A stretch of 64,000 nt of DNA, from positions 32,001 through 96,000 of IMG/VR virus record IMGVR_UViG_3300049845_000291, one strand, 5' to 3'. A program made the position numbers and the translations under genes. Source of the DNA: a virus. A model generated the notes under the pieces. That model saw only the letters and a list, made by a program, of their open reading frames with translations. It was not told where the DNA came from and searched no databases. Within the stretch, counting starts at the first letter, position 1. Each line of letters opens with the position of its first letter. Shown here piece by piece: positions 45,967-55,694 of this stretch.

Positions 45967-46292
45967 GCAAATTCCTCCTCTTCATCTTCTTCTGGGGCAA
46001 CCCAGCCGATCAGCAGCTCGTGCTGATCGGCCAGTCCCCGCAGCTCAATTGCCTCATCATCTTCCAGATCGACCGGATCAACGGGACCGCAACGCTCGAG
46101 AAAGATCTCGACGTCGTTCATTCCGTTGAAACCATGACCAGAGAAGTACACGTTGGTTCGACGAACCCCCGTGATCACGACGTACTCGTTGTTCTCGGTG
46201 TGCAGATAAACCTGACCGACTTGGATGATGGGGGTACGCTGCATTTCCTCGTCTCCTCGTTGAAAGTATCGTGAAACCGATTCTATGCTCAT
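45963..46292 (-). CDS. Hypothetical acidic protein
   Basis: ORF track; a GAGGAG RBS suggests a start at MQRTP. Confidence 0.55.
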   Translation of the reverse strand: MSIESVSRYFQRGDEEMQRTPIIQVGQVYLHTENNEYVVITGVRRTNVYFSGHGFNGMNDVEIFLERCGPVDPVDLEDDEAIELRGLADQHELLIGWVAPEEDEEEEFA

Positions 46293-46333
46293 GAAAACAG
46301 AACGTACAACTACATTATTGGGTCTGAGGTAGG

Positions 46334-49300
46334 TTAGGTCACAGTCAAAGTCAAGGTGTAGTCAGTGAAGTCCGGGGTTGCAACGCTGTTGTTGTCCCAG
46401 TTCACGCGCAGGGTGAAGTTGTACGTGCCGACCGTGTTCACCGTTGAGTTGTTGGTGATCTTGACCCGGTTGGACGTGAACGCAACTGTAGAAGAAGCAC
46501 CGGAGTTCCAGTCGGCCAGCGACACCAACGACATGCCAGGCGGCAGCGAGCCGCTGACGACGCTGATCGCGGTAGCGCGCGGGTTAGACATGTTACCGGT
46601 GATCGATGAGGCCAGGTACACCGTTGCGGCACCCTGTGCGACCGTCGCCGTGGTAGTTCCAGCGCCGCTCGTTAGAGAACCAGAGTTGGCGTACCAGCGG
46701 AACTGGGCCGGGACTGTGCGTGGCTGAACGTTCAAAGTAAACGTGCCTGTGGTGGTTCCAACCGGGCTTGTTGCCTGGACCACCATGGTTCCGCCGTTCT
46801 GCGAAAGCGTGACCGCGGTCGTTGGCAATTGCGACAAGTTGAAGTTCGGCGCGGTGCCGGTCCACGTCATGCCGGCGATTGGTGTGCCGTTGATGGTGAC
46901 CGTCGCGGTTGGAGTCGTGGTGCTCGTGACCGCGATTGGGTCCACATGCGCCGCGATGTCTGGCTGCGGGGCGACCGTGACCGTTGTACCGCCGGCCAGA
47001 CGGAATGGTGCGCCAAGCACTGCTGGCGAGTTCACTGTCAGCGAACGGGTCGTGATGTTCGAACCAGCCGCGTTCGTGGCGCGCATGCGAATCGTGTACG
47101 TGCCAGGTGTGTAGTTCTGGACACGTGTATCGCCCCCAACACCAACTGCGTCGAATGAGCCGTCGTTCGTGTAGTCCCACTCGATCAGCGTTGGGCTGTT
47201 TGTTGAGGTATCGACCAGCGTGATGGCTGCTGGGTTGCCAGTTGCTGGGCTCGGCGTCACGGTGAAGCTGGCAACAGGTGCAGAGACTGGAGGCGGCGTC
47301 ACGGTGCCAATCACGAACTGCGTGGCGCTTGAACCAAGCTCGTCAGTCGAGGTGAAGGCCAATGGGGCTGGGTACAGTCGCAGACCAGCGCCATAGGTTG
47401 TCGAGTCGTCAATCCAACGCCAAGACACCGAGAACACACCAGTTGTGGCGCCGGTTGTTGAGACTCGGACGAACAGGTCAATTGAGTCGGGGCTCGAGCC
47501 GTTTGCGCCAATGTTACCTTGGATCGATACCGTGGCGGCACCGCTGGTCACCGTTTGCATGTCCGTCTTGGTGGTGCTCATGGTGGAGTACCCGCCATCA
47601 ATCACGCTCACCAAGGTTGGTGAGGCCGCCGTGCTCAAGTTGTACAGCGCGTCAAAGGTCAAACGCCAACGGCCCCTTGCTGAGCACAAGGCCACAAGAT
47701 CAGTGTCACTTGCGCCTGAACCGGTTGGGGCATGCGTCAAGAAGATCTCGATCGCCTGGCCAGAGGTGAAGAACCGCTGACGCTCGGCCGCGCTGAACCT
47801 AAAGCGAAGACCATTCTCGCGCAGCGTCGCAAGGCTGTTCGTCGTGGCGTCGATTGAGAACAGCTGGTGGTTTGTGATGCCGACACCTGGTGCGAAGTCA
47901 TCGTTGGTGCCACTGGTTCCGAGGATACCTCGGAGCTTATACCGGCTAGCGATCGCCGCACCAAGCACGTTCACGGTCTCTTGGTAGAACTGCAGCAGCG
48001 AAATTGATCCCCAACGCGTGCGTGAGTGCCGTTGTAGACGAGCTGCAAGTGGACTTGTGGTTGACACACGAGTGATCGGTGCCGGTGGCAGACCATCTTG
48101 AATGAACGGAAGCGGGCTGATGCGATCCAGCATGATCTCTGGGAGCTCATAGCGTGCGATCGCCCAGCGGCAGGCCGACAACAGCTTGTCCCAGTCCTGC
48201 GAGTTTGGATCAACGTCAAGGGTCCCAAGACTGTCGTCGCTGAGCTGGATCAGGACGTTCATGTCTTCTGGAATTGCCGCACGGTATGCACGGCGCAAGC
48301 TTGCGTCAAGTGTGTCGAACGGGGTCAAGAAATCGATGTATCGCCCAAAGGCGCCAGAACCGCCAAATCCAAATTGATCACCAATCAGGCGCATCAGTAG
48401 CCCGTTGATGTAGTCGTACTCACGGCGTCCGGCACCAAGATCGATTGGAGGGTACACCTGTTCCCAGCCACCGATCGCACCCTCTACCAACGTGCTAGGC
48501 ACCAGGAGCAAGTCATTCACAGGAAGCGCCGTGGTCCAGAGCGTGATCGAAGAGATGCCTGCTCCACCAGTGGCTTCCATCGTCGTCGACACGATTCTGC
48601 CGATAGCAAGGGTGCGTTCACCGGGTGTGGTGCCGGGCGTGAAGTCCACCCATGCGATGTTGTTGTCGTACTGCCAGCGGTCATCGGCCAAACGTCGAAC
48701 TGAGAAGAACCTCGAAGCTGCATCGCCGGTGGAGGTCATGAGCGCACCTCCCGATTCGTCCCAGACAAGGAAGCCGTCGTTAGGGAAGTTCGTCCAGAGT
48801 GCGCCGCGCGGAATTGTGATGGCGGTGCCAGTGCGCGAGTCAATGATGGAACCGTTCACGTCGGCTGGCGACGCGCCAGTGTAGCCACTGATGTACGCTT
48901 CGCTCATATTTGAGCCAACCGCGCCAGCAAACGTGCTGGTGTTCAGCTTGACGGCCAGCGTTGTGGTGTTTGCTGGTGGGTAGTACCCGGTGCTATCCCA
49001 CTGGATCTGTGGGTACCGACCGACGCCAGTGTAAACGTACAGCGTGCCTGAAGCCGAACCGGTCTTTGAAAACCAAGTGTCGCCGAGTGTCGCCGGAGAA
49101 GGGGGTGCAGCCCCAACCTCGGTGACCTGCATGCCGCCCACTGCCTTCCACGTCCGCGCCGTCGTCACGGGCGGCGAGCTGGTGCAGACCTTCATGACAC
49201 CGCTGCTCGTGTCGTACCAGATCTGGCCGACGGTGGCATTTGCCGGCTCAACGTTCGATGCGAAGTTCTCCAAGAGCCGCATCAGGTTCTCTTGCTGAAC

Positions 49301-49438
49301 CTTGCCGTAATTCGGTGCACCCTTGCCTGTGAAGATCAACGAGGCCTGGTTTGAAACCACCGCGCCAGGTGGTACGTTGATTGAGACCTGCTTCTGCAGG
49401 TACGGGAGCGAGGGGTTGCTCCAGGTCAATAAGAACAT
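46334..49438 (-). CDS. Large virion structural protein with PKD/Ig-like C-terminal domains
   Basis: NYGKVQQENLMRLLENFAS..P.NATVGQIWYD N-terminus; PKD motif PVASFT...EWDY...YTPGTYTI; TAAATA at 49505. Confidence 0.8.
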   Translation of the reverse strand: MFLLTWSNPSLPYLQKQVSINVPPGAVVSNQASLIFTGKGAPNYGKVQQENLMRLLENFASNVEPANATVGQIWYDTSSGVMKVCTSSPPVTTARTWKAVGGMQVTEVGAAPPSPATLGDTWFSKTGSASGTLYVYTGVGRYPQIQWDSTGYYPPANTTTLAVKLNTSTFAGAVGSNMSEAYISGYTGASPADVNGSIIDSRTGTAITIPRGALWTNFPNDGFLVWDESGGALMTSTGDAASRFFSVRRLADDRWQYDNNIAWVDFTPGTTPGERTLAIGRIVSTTMEATGGAGISSITLWTTALPVNDLLLVPSTLVEGAIGGWEQVYPPIDLGAGRREYDYINGLLMRLIGDQFGFGGSGAFGRYIDFLTPFDTLDASLRRAYRAAIPEDMNVLIQLSDDSLGTLDVDPNSQDWDKLLSACRWAIARYELPEIMLDRISPLPFIQDGLPPAPITRVSTTSPLAARLQRHSRTRWGSISLLQFYQETVNVLGAAIASRYKLRGILGTSGTNDDFAPGVGITNHQLFSIDATTNSLATLRENGLRFRFSAAERQRFFTSGQAIEIFLTHAPTGSGASDTDLVALCSARGRWRLTFDALYNLSTAASPTLVSVIDGGYSTMSTTKTDMQTVTSGAATVSIQGNIGANGSSPDSIDLFVRVSTTGATTGVFSVSWRWIDDSTTYGAGLRLYPAPLAFTSTDELGSSATQFVIGTVTPPPVSAPVASFTVTPSPATGNPAAITLVDTSTNSPTLIEWDYTNDGSFDAVGVGGDTRVQNYTPGTYTIRMRATNAAGSNITTRSLTVNSPAVLGAPFRLAGGTTVTVAPQPDIAAHVDPIAVTSTTTPTATVTINGTPIAGMTWTGTAPNFNLSQLPTTAVTLSQNGGTMVVQATSPVGTTTGTFTLNVQPRTVPAQFRWYANSGSLTSGAGTTTATVAQGAATVYLASSITGNMSNPRATAISVVSGSLPPGMSLVSLADWNSGASSTVAFTSNRVKITNNSTVNTVGTYNFTLRVNWDNNSVATPDFTDYTLTLTVT

Positions 49439-49606
49439 GCTGTCTCCATCCGTTGGCTGAATGTCATGGACTTCGTCGACCAACTCTCTCAAGACGAAGC
49501 AGGCTATTTAGTTTCACGTGCTGAAAGACGACCCAAAGGATCCGGGACTTTGGAAACACGGATGAGACATCGTGACCTAAATACACCGTGACCTTAAGGA
49601 GCTCAC

Positions 49607-49849
49607 ATGAAGACGATTGAAGATCAAGTTGATGACCTTCTTGAGGAGCGTCCACAAGACGTCCACGAAGACCCTGGTGTGCCGCCGTTGCGCGTGCCGG
49701 ATGACGAAGATCTGGAGGAGATCGTTGAGGACGCGTACAACTTGCTCTCAGACCTGCTCGACAGACCCATGCCAAAGGGTCTGAAGGAACGTCTCGTTGA
49801 GCTGCACGGTCGTCTCGAAGAGATCACCGGCTGGTCAACATTCCATTAG
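49607..49849 (+). CDS. Small acidic late protein
   Basis: TAAATA at 49578 and TAAGGAG RBS. Confidence 0.65.
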   Translation: MKTIEDQVDDLLEERPQDVHEDPGVPPLRVPDDEDLEEIVEDAYNLLSDLLDRPMPKGLKERLVELHGRLEEITGWSTFH

Positions 49850-50052
49850 CGGTTAGGGTCATTCAGCCTTAGGGTGATCAGGGCCTCAACGCGCTTGAGC
49901 GCTTCATTGAGTGGTTTCAAGTACGCCTGATTGCCTTTGGCCATGAAGACCTTGTCAAGCAGCTTGTTCTTGACGTCGATCAGCTGGTCAAGATTAAGCC
50001 TGTCCCAGTCAGCTGGCGGCGGCAGTTCAACGCGTTGTTGGTCAACCCACAT
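49846..50052 (-). CDS. Hypothetical protein
   Basis: Start MWVDQQ with GGAGG RBS. Confidence 0.55.
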   Translation of the reverse strand: MWVDQQRVELPPPADWDRLNLDQLIDVKNKLLDKVFMAKGNQAYLKPLNEALKRVEALITLRLNDPNR

Positions 50053-50124
50053 ACTTCCTCCGTTCAGTTCTTGAGTACTTACTACGACCGGTCGTAAATA
50101 CGCAGACAACAACTTGGCAAGACC

Positions 50125-50514
50125 ATGCAGCTACTTCGTCAAATCGTTCATGAAGCCACCTGGTGCCTTGGCCCTCCCGGGCACAGCACCCAGCAAGTTG
50201 ACCTAACTCTTCAAGAGATTGTCGACGCTGGCAGGGTCACGAATCCATACCAGCTCTTTGTGCTTGGTCGCATGGCGATGTTCTTCAAGCGTGGTCTCAA
50301 AAGCGCGGATCTGCAGCTCGAGAACCCTGTGAACTTTGAATCAGGTGAGACCTCCTCAGAGCTCAAAAGCGAGCTTGAAGGCCTCAGCGACGCTGAGCGT
50401 GTTTCGCTGGCGCAGTACCTGCTGGACTGCATCAAAGCTGGCGAGTGCATGCTGTATGACCAGCAGATGAAGATCGGCGAGTGGATTCGCTTCGTTCTTC
50501 GCAAACAAGATTGA
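50125..50514 (+). CDS. Hypothetical late protein
   Basis: TAAATA at 50095; N-terminus MQLLRQIVHEA. Confidence 0.6.
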   Translation: MQLLRQIVHEATWCLGPPGHSTQQVDLTLQEIVDAGRVTNPYQLFVLGRMAMFFKRGLKSADLQLENPVNFESGETSSELKSELEGLSDAERVSLAQYLLDCIKAGECMLYDQQMKIGEWIRFVLRKQD

Positions 50515-50712
50515 GCGTGCAGCTCAGACCAAACTCTCCGGTGTGCCCAAAGCAGCACGCCGTGCTTGAGGCAATCAAGGGCAATTCCTACTACTATGGT
50601 GCGGACATCTTCGTCGCACAACGGCTTTCTCGTGCCCCGCTGATTGGCTTCGTACGTCGCATGGAGGAATCCACGTAGACGCACTCCACCGCCCATTCCT
50701 GTAGGAGGAACC

Positions 50713-51462
50713 ATGGGTCGTAGACTACTCAACCGCGAAAACAAGTACCCTCAACCGGTAAACCCAGAAGGATCCAAGATCATTCGACTGAAATTCACAC
50801 CACAACCAAAGTCCCTAGCTCAAGAGCTCTATCTTGAGTCGCTTCGTGAGCAAGGCCTCACGATTGGCGTTGGACCTGCTGGTTCTGGCAAGTCATTCCT
50901 TGCCATGGCGATCGCCCTCGAAAAGCTCCTGCACAACGAGGTCTCGAAGATCGTTCTCACCCGCCCTGTCTGTGAGGCCGGTGAAAGCCTAGGCTTCCTG
51001 CCAGGTACCTTTGAAGAGAAGGTTGCTCCATACCTTCGCCCACTCCTCGATGCCCTTGAAGATCTTGTTGGCCCCACCATGGCCAAGAAGTTGCTTGACG
51101 GCGGCAAGATTGAGTTCGCCCCATTGGCGTACATGCGGGGACGAACGTTCAACAACTGCTACGTGATTCTGGACGAAGCACAGAACACGACAGTCGAGCA
51201 GATGAAGCTCTTCGTGACTCGGATTGGCGAGTTCAGCCAGTTCGTGGTGAACGGCGACATATCACAAAGCGATCTGCGTGGTGTTCCTGAGAACGGGTTG
51301 GAGTACATTGTGCGTCGACTGCGTGGTCGCTCGAATCACATCAACGTGATCGAGTTTGGACACAGCGACATCCAACGTTCGGCCATGGTCAAGGAGATCC
51401 TCCTGCACCTTGACGGGCCAGATGAACGCGTCAGCAAGGGCGGTGTGCGCCGGCAAGCGTAA
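50713..51462 (+). CDS. phoH: PhoH-family ATPase
   Basis: GPAGSGKS, LGFLPG, YMRGRTF, DEAQN, GDISQSD; AGGAGG RBS. Confidence 0.95.
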   Translation: MGRRLLNRENKYPQPVNPEGSKIIRLKFTPQPKSLAQELYLESLREQGLTIGVGPAGSGKSFLAMAIALEKLLHNEVSKIVLTRPVCEAGESLGFLPGTFEEKVAPYLRPLLDALEDLVGPTMAKKLLDGGKIEFAPLAYMRGRTFNNCYVILDEAQNTTVEQMKLFVTRIGEFSQFVVNGDISQSDLRGVPENGLEYIVRRLRGRSNHINVIEFGHSDIQRSAMVKEILLHLDGPDERVSKGGVRRQA

Positions 51463-51484
51463 GAAAAGCCGCGCCGAAAATAGT

Positions 51485-51506
51485 CGAGGGGCCAAACGGC
51501 CCCTCG
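51485..51506. terminator. Hairpin between convergent genes, possible terminator
   Basis: CGAGGGGCC-AAAC-GGCCCCTCG. Confidence 0.55.
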
Positions 51507-51542
51507 CGCGCTATTTGTCAGCTAATGCCTGTATTCGGTGCG

Positions 51543-51821
51543 CTACTTGGTCAAGATCTTGTATTGCATGTTCTGCACGATGCAAAACAGGTTGTCATCA
51601 GACGCGCGGCGCAGGGCTGGCACAATAGTGCCAGCGTTGAGGGTGACTTCCAGATAGTGGAATTCAGGCGTTTTGGAGGTCATGACGACGGTGCCAAGCG
51701 ACCCCTTGGCTTCTGCCATCGCTTCGAAGAGCTTCCCATCTTGCTCATAGCACATGAGCGGGAGGAGACGCGGAGAGTAGTGTTGACGGGGCAGGCGCTT
51801 GACGAAAGGCTGCTTGTACAT
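51543..51821 (-). CDS. Hypothetical protein
   Basis: GGAG RBS; TAAAAT and TGTAACCCGTTACA (51861-51874) upstream. Confidence 0.55.
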   Translation of the reverse strand: MYKQPFVKRLPRQHYSPRLLPLMCYEQDGKLFEAMAEAKGSLGTVVMTSKTPEFHYLEVTLNAGTIVPALRRASDDNLFCIVQNMQYKILTK

Positions 51822-51876
51822 GTGGTCTCCGAAGTTGAGAGCACATTTTACAACGGGATCTGTAACCCGTTACATG

Positions 51877-52299
51877 TCAGCGTCGGTACCTGACACGCAT
51901 GCCACAAGCTTCCCAGAACTCCATGCTGCCACGTGCCCCTTCGTGCAGCGACGGATTGACCAGTGGTGAGAGCGTGCTCAGGTGCTTGATGAGCTTCGTG
52001 CCGTACCCCTTGCGGCGGTGACGTGCTCGGCAGAAGATCTGCACGGAGTTCGCACGTCGATATGCCACCGCTACCGGTAGATCACCAAGGAACGCGATCG
52101 CGAGAACCGCGTAGTCCACCGGCACCCGCTTCAGCAGACCCTTGAACTCCTTGTACAGCTGCCATCCTGGCACGTAAAGCCGGTGCTCAAGGGCGAGCTT
52201 GGCTCCAGCATAGAGGTCCTTGCCCTCAAAGTGCCGGACCGTGCACGGTGTAGCCAGCGTCCCTGAAGACCCTTGCGCTTTGCTCGTCAAAGACAACAC
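51877..52299 (-). CDS. GNAT-family acetyltransferase-like protein (start uncertain)
   Basis: HRRKGYGTKLI acetyl-CoA motif A and EFWEACG. Confidence 0.65.
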   Translation of the reverse strand: MLSLTSKAQGSSGTLATPCTVRHFEGKDLYAGAKLALEHRLYVPGWQLYKEFKGLLKRVPVDYAVLAIAFLGDLPVAVAYRRANSVQIFCRARHRRKGYGTKLIKHLSTLSPLVNPSLHEGARGSMEFWEACGMRVRYRR

Positions 52300-52332
52300 T
52301 GATGAGCTCCCCTCTGAACAGGACTTCCCAGC

Positions 52333-53478
52333 TCAGATGACCTCGAGACCCCAGTCCTTCTCGAGGTGGTGTTTCACGTACCACTCCATCCAGCTGGGTT
52401 CCTTCCCCCGGAACTTGGTCATGATCAACCCGAAAAGCGGGTTGTCCTTGTACGTCAGCGCCGTGGTCTTCGCGTCGAAGTTCTGCTGCTGCGCGTCCGC
52501 CACGATCGAGTTCACGATCATCTCGGCCTGTTCGATTCGCTGTTTGATCTGGCGCTCCACTGCCAGAATCGGGTCGATTGATCGTCCACACAGTACAAAA
52601 GCACCCTTAAGGTCGTCGGTCTTGTCGTCACATACGGCGCGCGCCACGTCGCGCCAACGGGTAAAGGTCACGGCGTGATGGAGCTCGTTGTACCACTTGG
52701 TCTTGAGCTTCACCATCTCACCGTTCTTGAACTGGATCACCCAGCCCTCGAGGTTCTCGGTGGTCTCAGCCGCTTGCTTGAGCAGGTCCCAACGGACCTC
52801 CACAGTCTTCGGGATGCCAGCGTCCGCCATGCCCCAGCTGAACTGCTCGATCAGGTTCGGTACGATCGGGAATGGTGAACCCAGCGCTTGGAGCTCTTGT
52901 TCCGTCAGGTACCGACCAGAGACATTTTCACGGACGTGCAGCAGCGTCAGCTCGTCCTTGTCGTACTTGATCACGATCGGGAAGCGCGGCGACGTGATCT
53001 CGAAGGTAGGTGTAAAACCATCGAGCAGCAGCTGCTCGATCCACTCGCAGCCGCCAGGCGTTGCCACGGCAACTTGGGCCGCCAGGGCCGCCTCTTTTGT
53101 CTCGAACGACTTCTTCGTCTTGAACCACGGGAACCTGATGACACCGTTTGTCATCATGACCGGCGTGACCATCGAACCGTCACGTTTCTCCATGATCCGC
53201 GTTACTTCGTGCCATGGCAGCACGTGAGGTTGTGTGTCCTCACGCTCGCCGATGTTGAAGAACTTGTGCAGTGTTCTGGCGGCGATCGTCCCGTCAGGGT
53301 TGAACGTGATCCCACGGCACTCGCGCTCCATGTGCTCGTGCTCGCCGCTGAACGTGTCCTCGTCCTGCACCATGTAGCACACGACGGTCATGCCGTTCTC
53401 TTCGGTCTTGACACGGATCTGCTTGTTCCCTTCGATGAAGGGAAGCAGGTCAGAGAGCTGCTTGATGGTTGGGATCAT
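52333..53478 (-). CDS. RNA ligase (T4 Rnl1-like)
   Basis: ECRGITF, HKFFNIGE, EKRDGS, TPTFE, EGWVI, KLKTKWY. Confidence 0.9.
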   Translation of the reverse strand: MIPTIKQLSDLLPFIEGNKQIRVKTEENGMTVVCYMVQDEDTFSGEHEHMERECRGITFNPDGTIAARTLHKFFNIGEREDTQPHVLPWHEVTRIMEKRDGSMVTPVMMTNGVIRFPWFKTKKSFETKEAALAAQVAVATPGGCEWIEQLLLDGFTPTFEITSPRFPIVIKYDKDELTLLHVRENVSGRYLTEQELQALGSPFPIVPNLIEQFSWGMADAGIPKTVEVRWDLLKQAAETTENLEGWVIQFKNGEMVKLKTKWYNELHHAVTFTRWRDVARAVCDDKTDDLKGAFVLCGRSIDPILAVERQIKQRIEQAEMIVNSIVADAQQQNFDAKTTALTYKDNPLFGLIMTKFRGKEPSWMEWYVKHHLEKDWGLEVI

Positions 53479-53711
53479 GATCTTGGCACCGAAGGCAGTG
53501 ACACACGCTGCCAGATGCCGACAGCTTCTTCTCTGGTCAGAACAACGCCAGGTGTGCTGAACACCAGGTCAGGTTCGATGTTGTACTTGGTCGGCGCTGG
53601 GCGCACAGCCTTGACCAGGTACAGGTCAGGCTGTTCTTGTGATGGGTACAGCCGTCCATGGAACCAGTACGCTCCAGGTTCCGTTGGCCAAGTTGCGCTC
53701 CATGTACTCAT
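53475..53711 (-). CDS. Hypothetical protein (leaderless candidate)
   Basis: WPTEPGAYWF; TACAAT 7 nt upstream and GTTACA a further 20 nt upstream. Confidence 0.55.
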   Translation of the reverse strand: MSTWSATWPTEPGAYWFHGRLYPSQEQPDLYLVKAVRPAPTKYNIEPDLVFSTPGVVLTREEAVGIWQRVSLPSVPRS

Positions 53712-53751
53712 GAGGCGCATTGTACGCCGCAAAGAGCACGAACTTGTAACG

Positions 53752-53907
53752 TCAGAAGGTTCGGAACAGCGCCCAGCAGGCTAGGAATAGGTTCAGCGCC
53801 GCTGAAATACCGACCACCAAACGCAGGTTGCTGATCTGCTTGGACTGCTTCAGGTCGATGTCTTTGAGCTGTGTCGATGTGACAACATCATTGCTCAGGA
53901 TCTTCAT
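53752..53907 (-). CDS. 51-aa C-terminally anchored membrane protein (not in ORF track)
   Basis: MKILSNDVVTSTQLKDIDLKQSKQISNLRLVVGISAALNLFLACWALFRTF; AAGGAG RBS. Confidence 0.5.
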   Translation of the reverse strand: MKILSNDVVTSTQLKDIDLKQSKQISNLRLVVGISAALNLFLACWALFRTF

Positions 53908-54712
53908 ATACGATTTCTCCTTCTTCCAACTTCAGCAATCCTACCTTGGGTGTTGCTGGCTGGAAAACGGTCTTTGGTTGGTGTTTCGTGTCAGCCACCG
54001 ATGCTGCCACCTCGGTCATGGTGATCTTCAGTTCCTTTGGTGGAGCTGCCTTGATCTTAGGTGGAAGCACTGCAAGCTGCTCGAGCTTTGTTGACCGTGG
54101 TACCGGTGCGCTTTTCACGATCTCAAGCGGGTCAAGCTCAACCTTGTGCTCGGTCACAGGCACCGGGAGCTTGAAGTCTAGTCTCTTTGACTTTGGCTTA
54201 GGCGTAGCGATCTCTGCTGGTTTCCTTTCTTCTGGAACTTTGAGGACAGACTTGAGCAAAGAGATAGGGGCCGCTGGCACCTGTGAAGGAGCCGGTGTCA
54301 GAACTGGCGCCGGAACAGGTGGAGATACAGCGATCGCAGGAGCTGGGGCTGGAGCTGGAGGTTGAGTGAGCGCAATAGTCGGCTCTGGCATTGGCGCTGG
54401 CATTGGCGCTGGAGCCAGTGTGATGGTCGGTTCTTGCTGAACCGGCGCTTCCGTAAATCCAACGCTGATGCTGTGGTTGATCGGGGTAAAGATCCTTCCG
54501 TTGATCAAGACCTCGATCTTGAACGGATGCGCCCCTTCACGGAAATCAGACGGAAGATCGATGGTGACCTCCCACTCATCGCCAGACAGCTTGACAGCTG
54601 GGAACATGAGAGCCGGAGATTCACCAACGACGCACCGGCATGATGGTGTTGCAGCGGTTCCCATCACGTTCACATTGAACGTGACTCGATTCGTTTGATC
54701 AACGTACAGCAT
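53888..54712 (-). CDS. Late protein with a Pro/Ala-rich linker
   Basis: TAAATA at 54734; beta-rich N-terminal domain. Confidence 0.65.
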   Translation of the reverse strand: MLYVDQTNRVTFNVNVMGTAATPSCRCVVGESPALMFPAVKLSGDEWEVTIDLPSDFREGAHPFKIEVLINGRIFTPINHSISVGFTEAPVQQEPTITLAPAPMPAPMPEPTIALTQPPAPAPAPAIAVSPPVPAPVLTPAPSQVPAAPISLLKSVLKVPEERKPAEIATPKPKSKRLDFKLPVPVTEHKVELDPLEIVKSAPVPRSTKLEQLAVLPPKIKAAPPKELKITMTEVAASVADTKHQPKTVFQPATPKVGLLKLEEGEIVYEDPEQ

Positions 54713-55055
54713 GGTTCACCCTGAGGTTCTCGATATTTACGACGACCTTGGTGGGCTGAACATGGACGTCGGTCACGGTCACCAGCTCGAGCTGTGACCT
54801 GACCTCTTGGGTACTTGATCCACTGAGTTCTTGGAACTGCGCTGTAACCAGGATTCTTTCGAGCTCTGTTGGTAGTGCAGGAGGTTCCCACTTCTGCGGT
54901 GGCCGGGCGGTGATCCATTTCGATTGTGGGTTGCTTACCGCTGGGCCGATGACCGGTCTGAGCTCATCAATGAGCCTCTCCAGGACTATTGCACGCCGGT
55001 TCCCGCAGAACGCGTCAAGCGTGCTGCTGGTCAGGGTGCAGTAATTGATAGCCAT
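54699..55055 (-). CDS. Hypothetical protein
   Basis: TAATG-coupled ORF. Confidence 0.55.
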   Translation of the reverse strand: MAINYCTLTSSTLDAFCGNRRAIVLERLIDELRPVIGPAVSNPQSKWITARPPQKWEPPALPTELERILVTAQFQELSGSSTQEVRSQLELVTVTDVHVQPTKVVVNIENLRVNHAVR

Positions 55056-55690
55056 TAGACCCGCTTCTCGTAGATGACCTCGAAGTCAGGGCAGTGATAG
55101 AACATTGAAGGGGTCAGGTTCTTCTTGCGCTTGATCATCGCTTCGAAGTTTGCAAAGTCCTGCTCATAGTTCGGTTGGCCCTTGAGGACATTGCGAACAA
55201 GCTCGACGCAGCTCACGCGAGTGGCGTCGGCGATGTCGAACAGGTTGTCGTACTCCTTACCAAGCTCCCCAATCGCCGCGTCAAGCACGGTGCGCCACTC
55301 ATCCAGCGTCATGCTCTTAGGCTTGAGGAAGGCGACGCCTTGAATACCGCCAAAGACCTCGTCGAATGATGGCACCCGTGAACCTGAACCAACGGCCTCA
55401 ACCATGTCCCTTGATGCTGGCATCAGACGGAAGTCAGCATCAGTCTTGACCTCATCTTCGAGGTTGATCAGCACGTGTGACCAGCGACCCCAACGCCCAG
55501 TCAGGAACAGGTCACTCAGACCAATGAAGAACGATGACAGGTGGTTGCTGCGATACGTGCAGATCACCAGGTAGTTCTCTTTGAGCTGCGATCGGATGAA
55601 CTCCAGATCCTCATCAGGCAACCGACGTTTGGTGCTCCAGTGAATCTTGCCAATAAATTTGACGACCGCCTCAGTAATCCCTTTGAACAT
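55055..55690 (-). CDS. Permuted papain-like (YiiX-like) amidase
   Basis: WSHVLI...VEAVGSG...GKEYDNLFD...SCVELV. Confidence 0.75.
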   Translation of the reverse strand: MFKGITEAVVKFIGKIHWSTKRRLPDEDLEFIRSQLKENYLVICTYRSNHLSSFFIGLSDLFLTGRWGRWSHVLINLEDEVKTDADFRLMPASRDMVEAVGSGSRVPSFDEVFGGIQGVAFLKPKSMTLDEWRTVLDAAIGELGKEYDNLFDIADATRVSCVELVRNVLKGQPNYEQDFANFEAMIKRKKNLTPSMFYHCPDFEVIYEKRV

Positions 55691-55694
55691 GTGA

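Noticed and set aside
49077-49096. Tandem GTGTCGCCG(A/G) copies of the post-stop motif
   Set aside because: They lie inside a coding region (PATLGDT), far from a stop codon, so they are probably coincidental.
53752-53907. Holin assignment for small membrane ORFs (also 20352, 32985, 42102)
   Set aside because: Hydrophobicity alone is insufficient and none is adjacent to the lysin/spanin genes.
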